This document shows, piece by piece, positions 31,755-32,000 of a stretch of 32,000 nucleotides of DNA; positions within the stretch are counted from its first letter, which is position 1, and every line of letters starts with the position of its first letter. Source of the stretch: Clostridiales bacterium (GTDB lineage Bacteria; Bacillota; Clostridia; Lachnospirales; CAG-274); assembly GCA_021203425.1 (NCBI GenBank), contig JAJQBF010000262.1, positions 1 through 32,000 of the forward strand, read 5' to 3'. The notes under the pieces are model-generated. The model did no database searches. It was not told the origin of the DNA and saw nothing but the letters and a program-made list of their open reading frames with translations. The translations under genes and the position numbers were made by a program.

Positions 31755-32000
31755 GAGGATAAGCGAATTTTACAAGCATCATTGGAGGAAAGGGAGATAA
31801 CAATGAGGGCTTTGCTGGCTATCATTGACGGACTTCATGAAATGGGAGCCAACGGACCTACAACCGAAGCCCATAATGAGATAACGGCTTATCTTTCTAA
31901 ACAGGCTCACAAGGTTTAAGATAGGTGGTGGTTTTATGTGGAGTGAAAAGTACTTCAACCAGTGTTATTATCTTTTTGGATATGCCCGTAAGTGATATTG

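Noticed and set aside
31936-31995. Short ORF MWSEKYFNQCYYLFGYARK* at the right edge
   Set aside because: It is only 19 codons and the window ends at 32000, so its nature (a holin or lysin start, or a frameshifted gene) cannot be judged.

Overview
All credible genes lie on the + strand. The window is one contiguous piece of a Firmicutes/Clostridia-style siphovirus prophage with GGAGG-type RBSs, UUCG-loop terminators and an HK97-like head module. No database search was possible, so product calls rest on motifs I recognise.

Left arm (1-11.0 kb): an HNH remnant, a membrane-anchored SLT lytic transglycosylase, a Zn-ribbon protein, a ParB-fused N6/N4 DNA methyltransferase, and an SH3b-LysM protein. 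It continues with a very large C5-cytosine methyltransferase, a conserved mobile-element protein with acidic tandem repeats, five small-gene cassettes and a third methyltransferase.

Right arm (11.0-32 kb): terS (P27 family), terL, an HNH-AP2 nuclease, an HK97-type portal, a gutted prohead protease and the HK97 major capsid protein. Connectors, major tail protein, chaperones and tape measure follow. Next come a RelB/ParE toxin-antitoxin moron, Dit, Tal, a BppU-like protein, a long tail fibre ending in an SGNH esterase, and a holin-like protein.

Two things stand out.

1. Between 7.4 and 10.3 kb, five unrelated small genes each sit behind the same roughly 100-nt promoter and 5' leader: TGGMTA, 17 nt, TAATAT, a GGGG-loop-CCCC hairpin, an A-rich tract, then GGAGG. 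Four of the five cassettes end at an identifiable hairpin terminator. This cassette array lies in a methyltransferase-rich region directly upstream of terS. I propose it is an early-expressed accessory or anti-defence island.

2. The element carries many gene-disrupting lesions:
- about ten single-base frameshifts, mostly at short homopolymer runs or short G/C tracts;
- five in-frame stops (TAG x2, TGA x2, TAA x1), two of which align to Trp by internal evidence;
- an internal deletion of the prohead protease core.

The lesions point to a decaying prophage, assembly error, or both, rather than a reassigned genetic code. I found no tRNA, rRNA, CRISPR array, integrase or transposase in this window.
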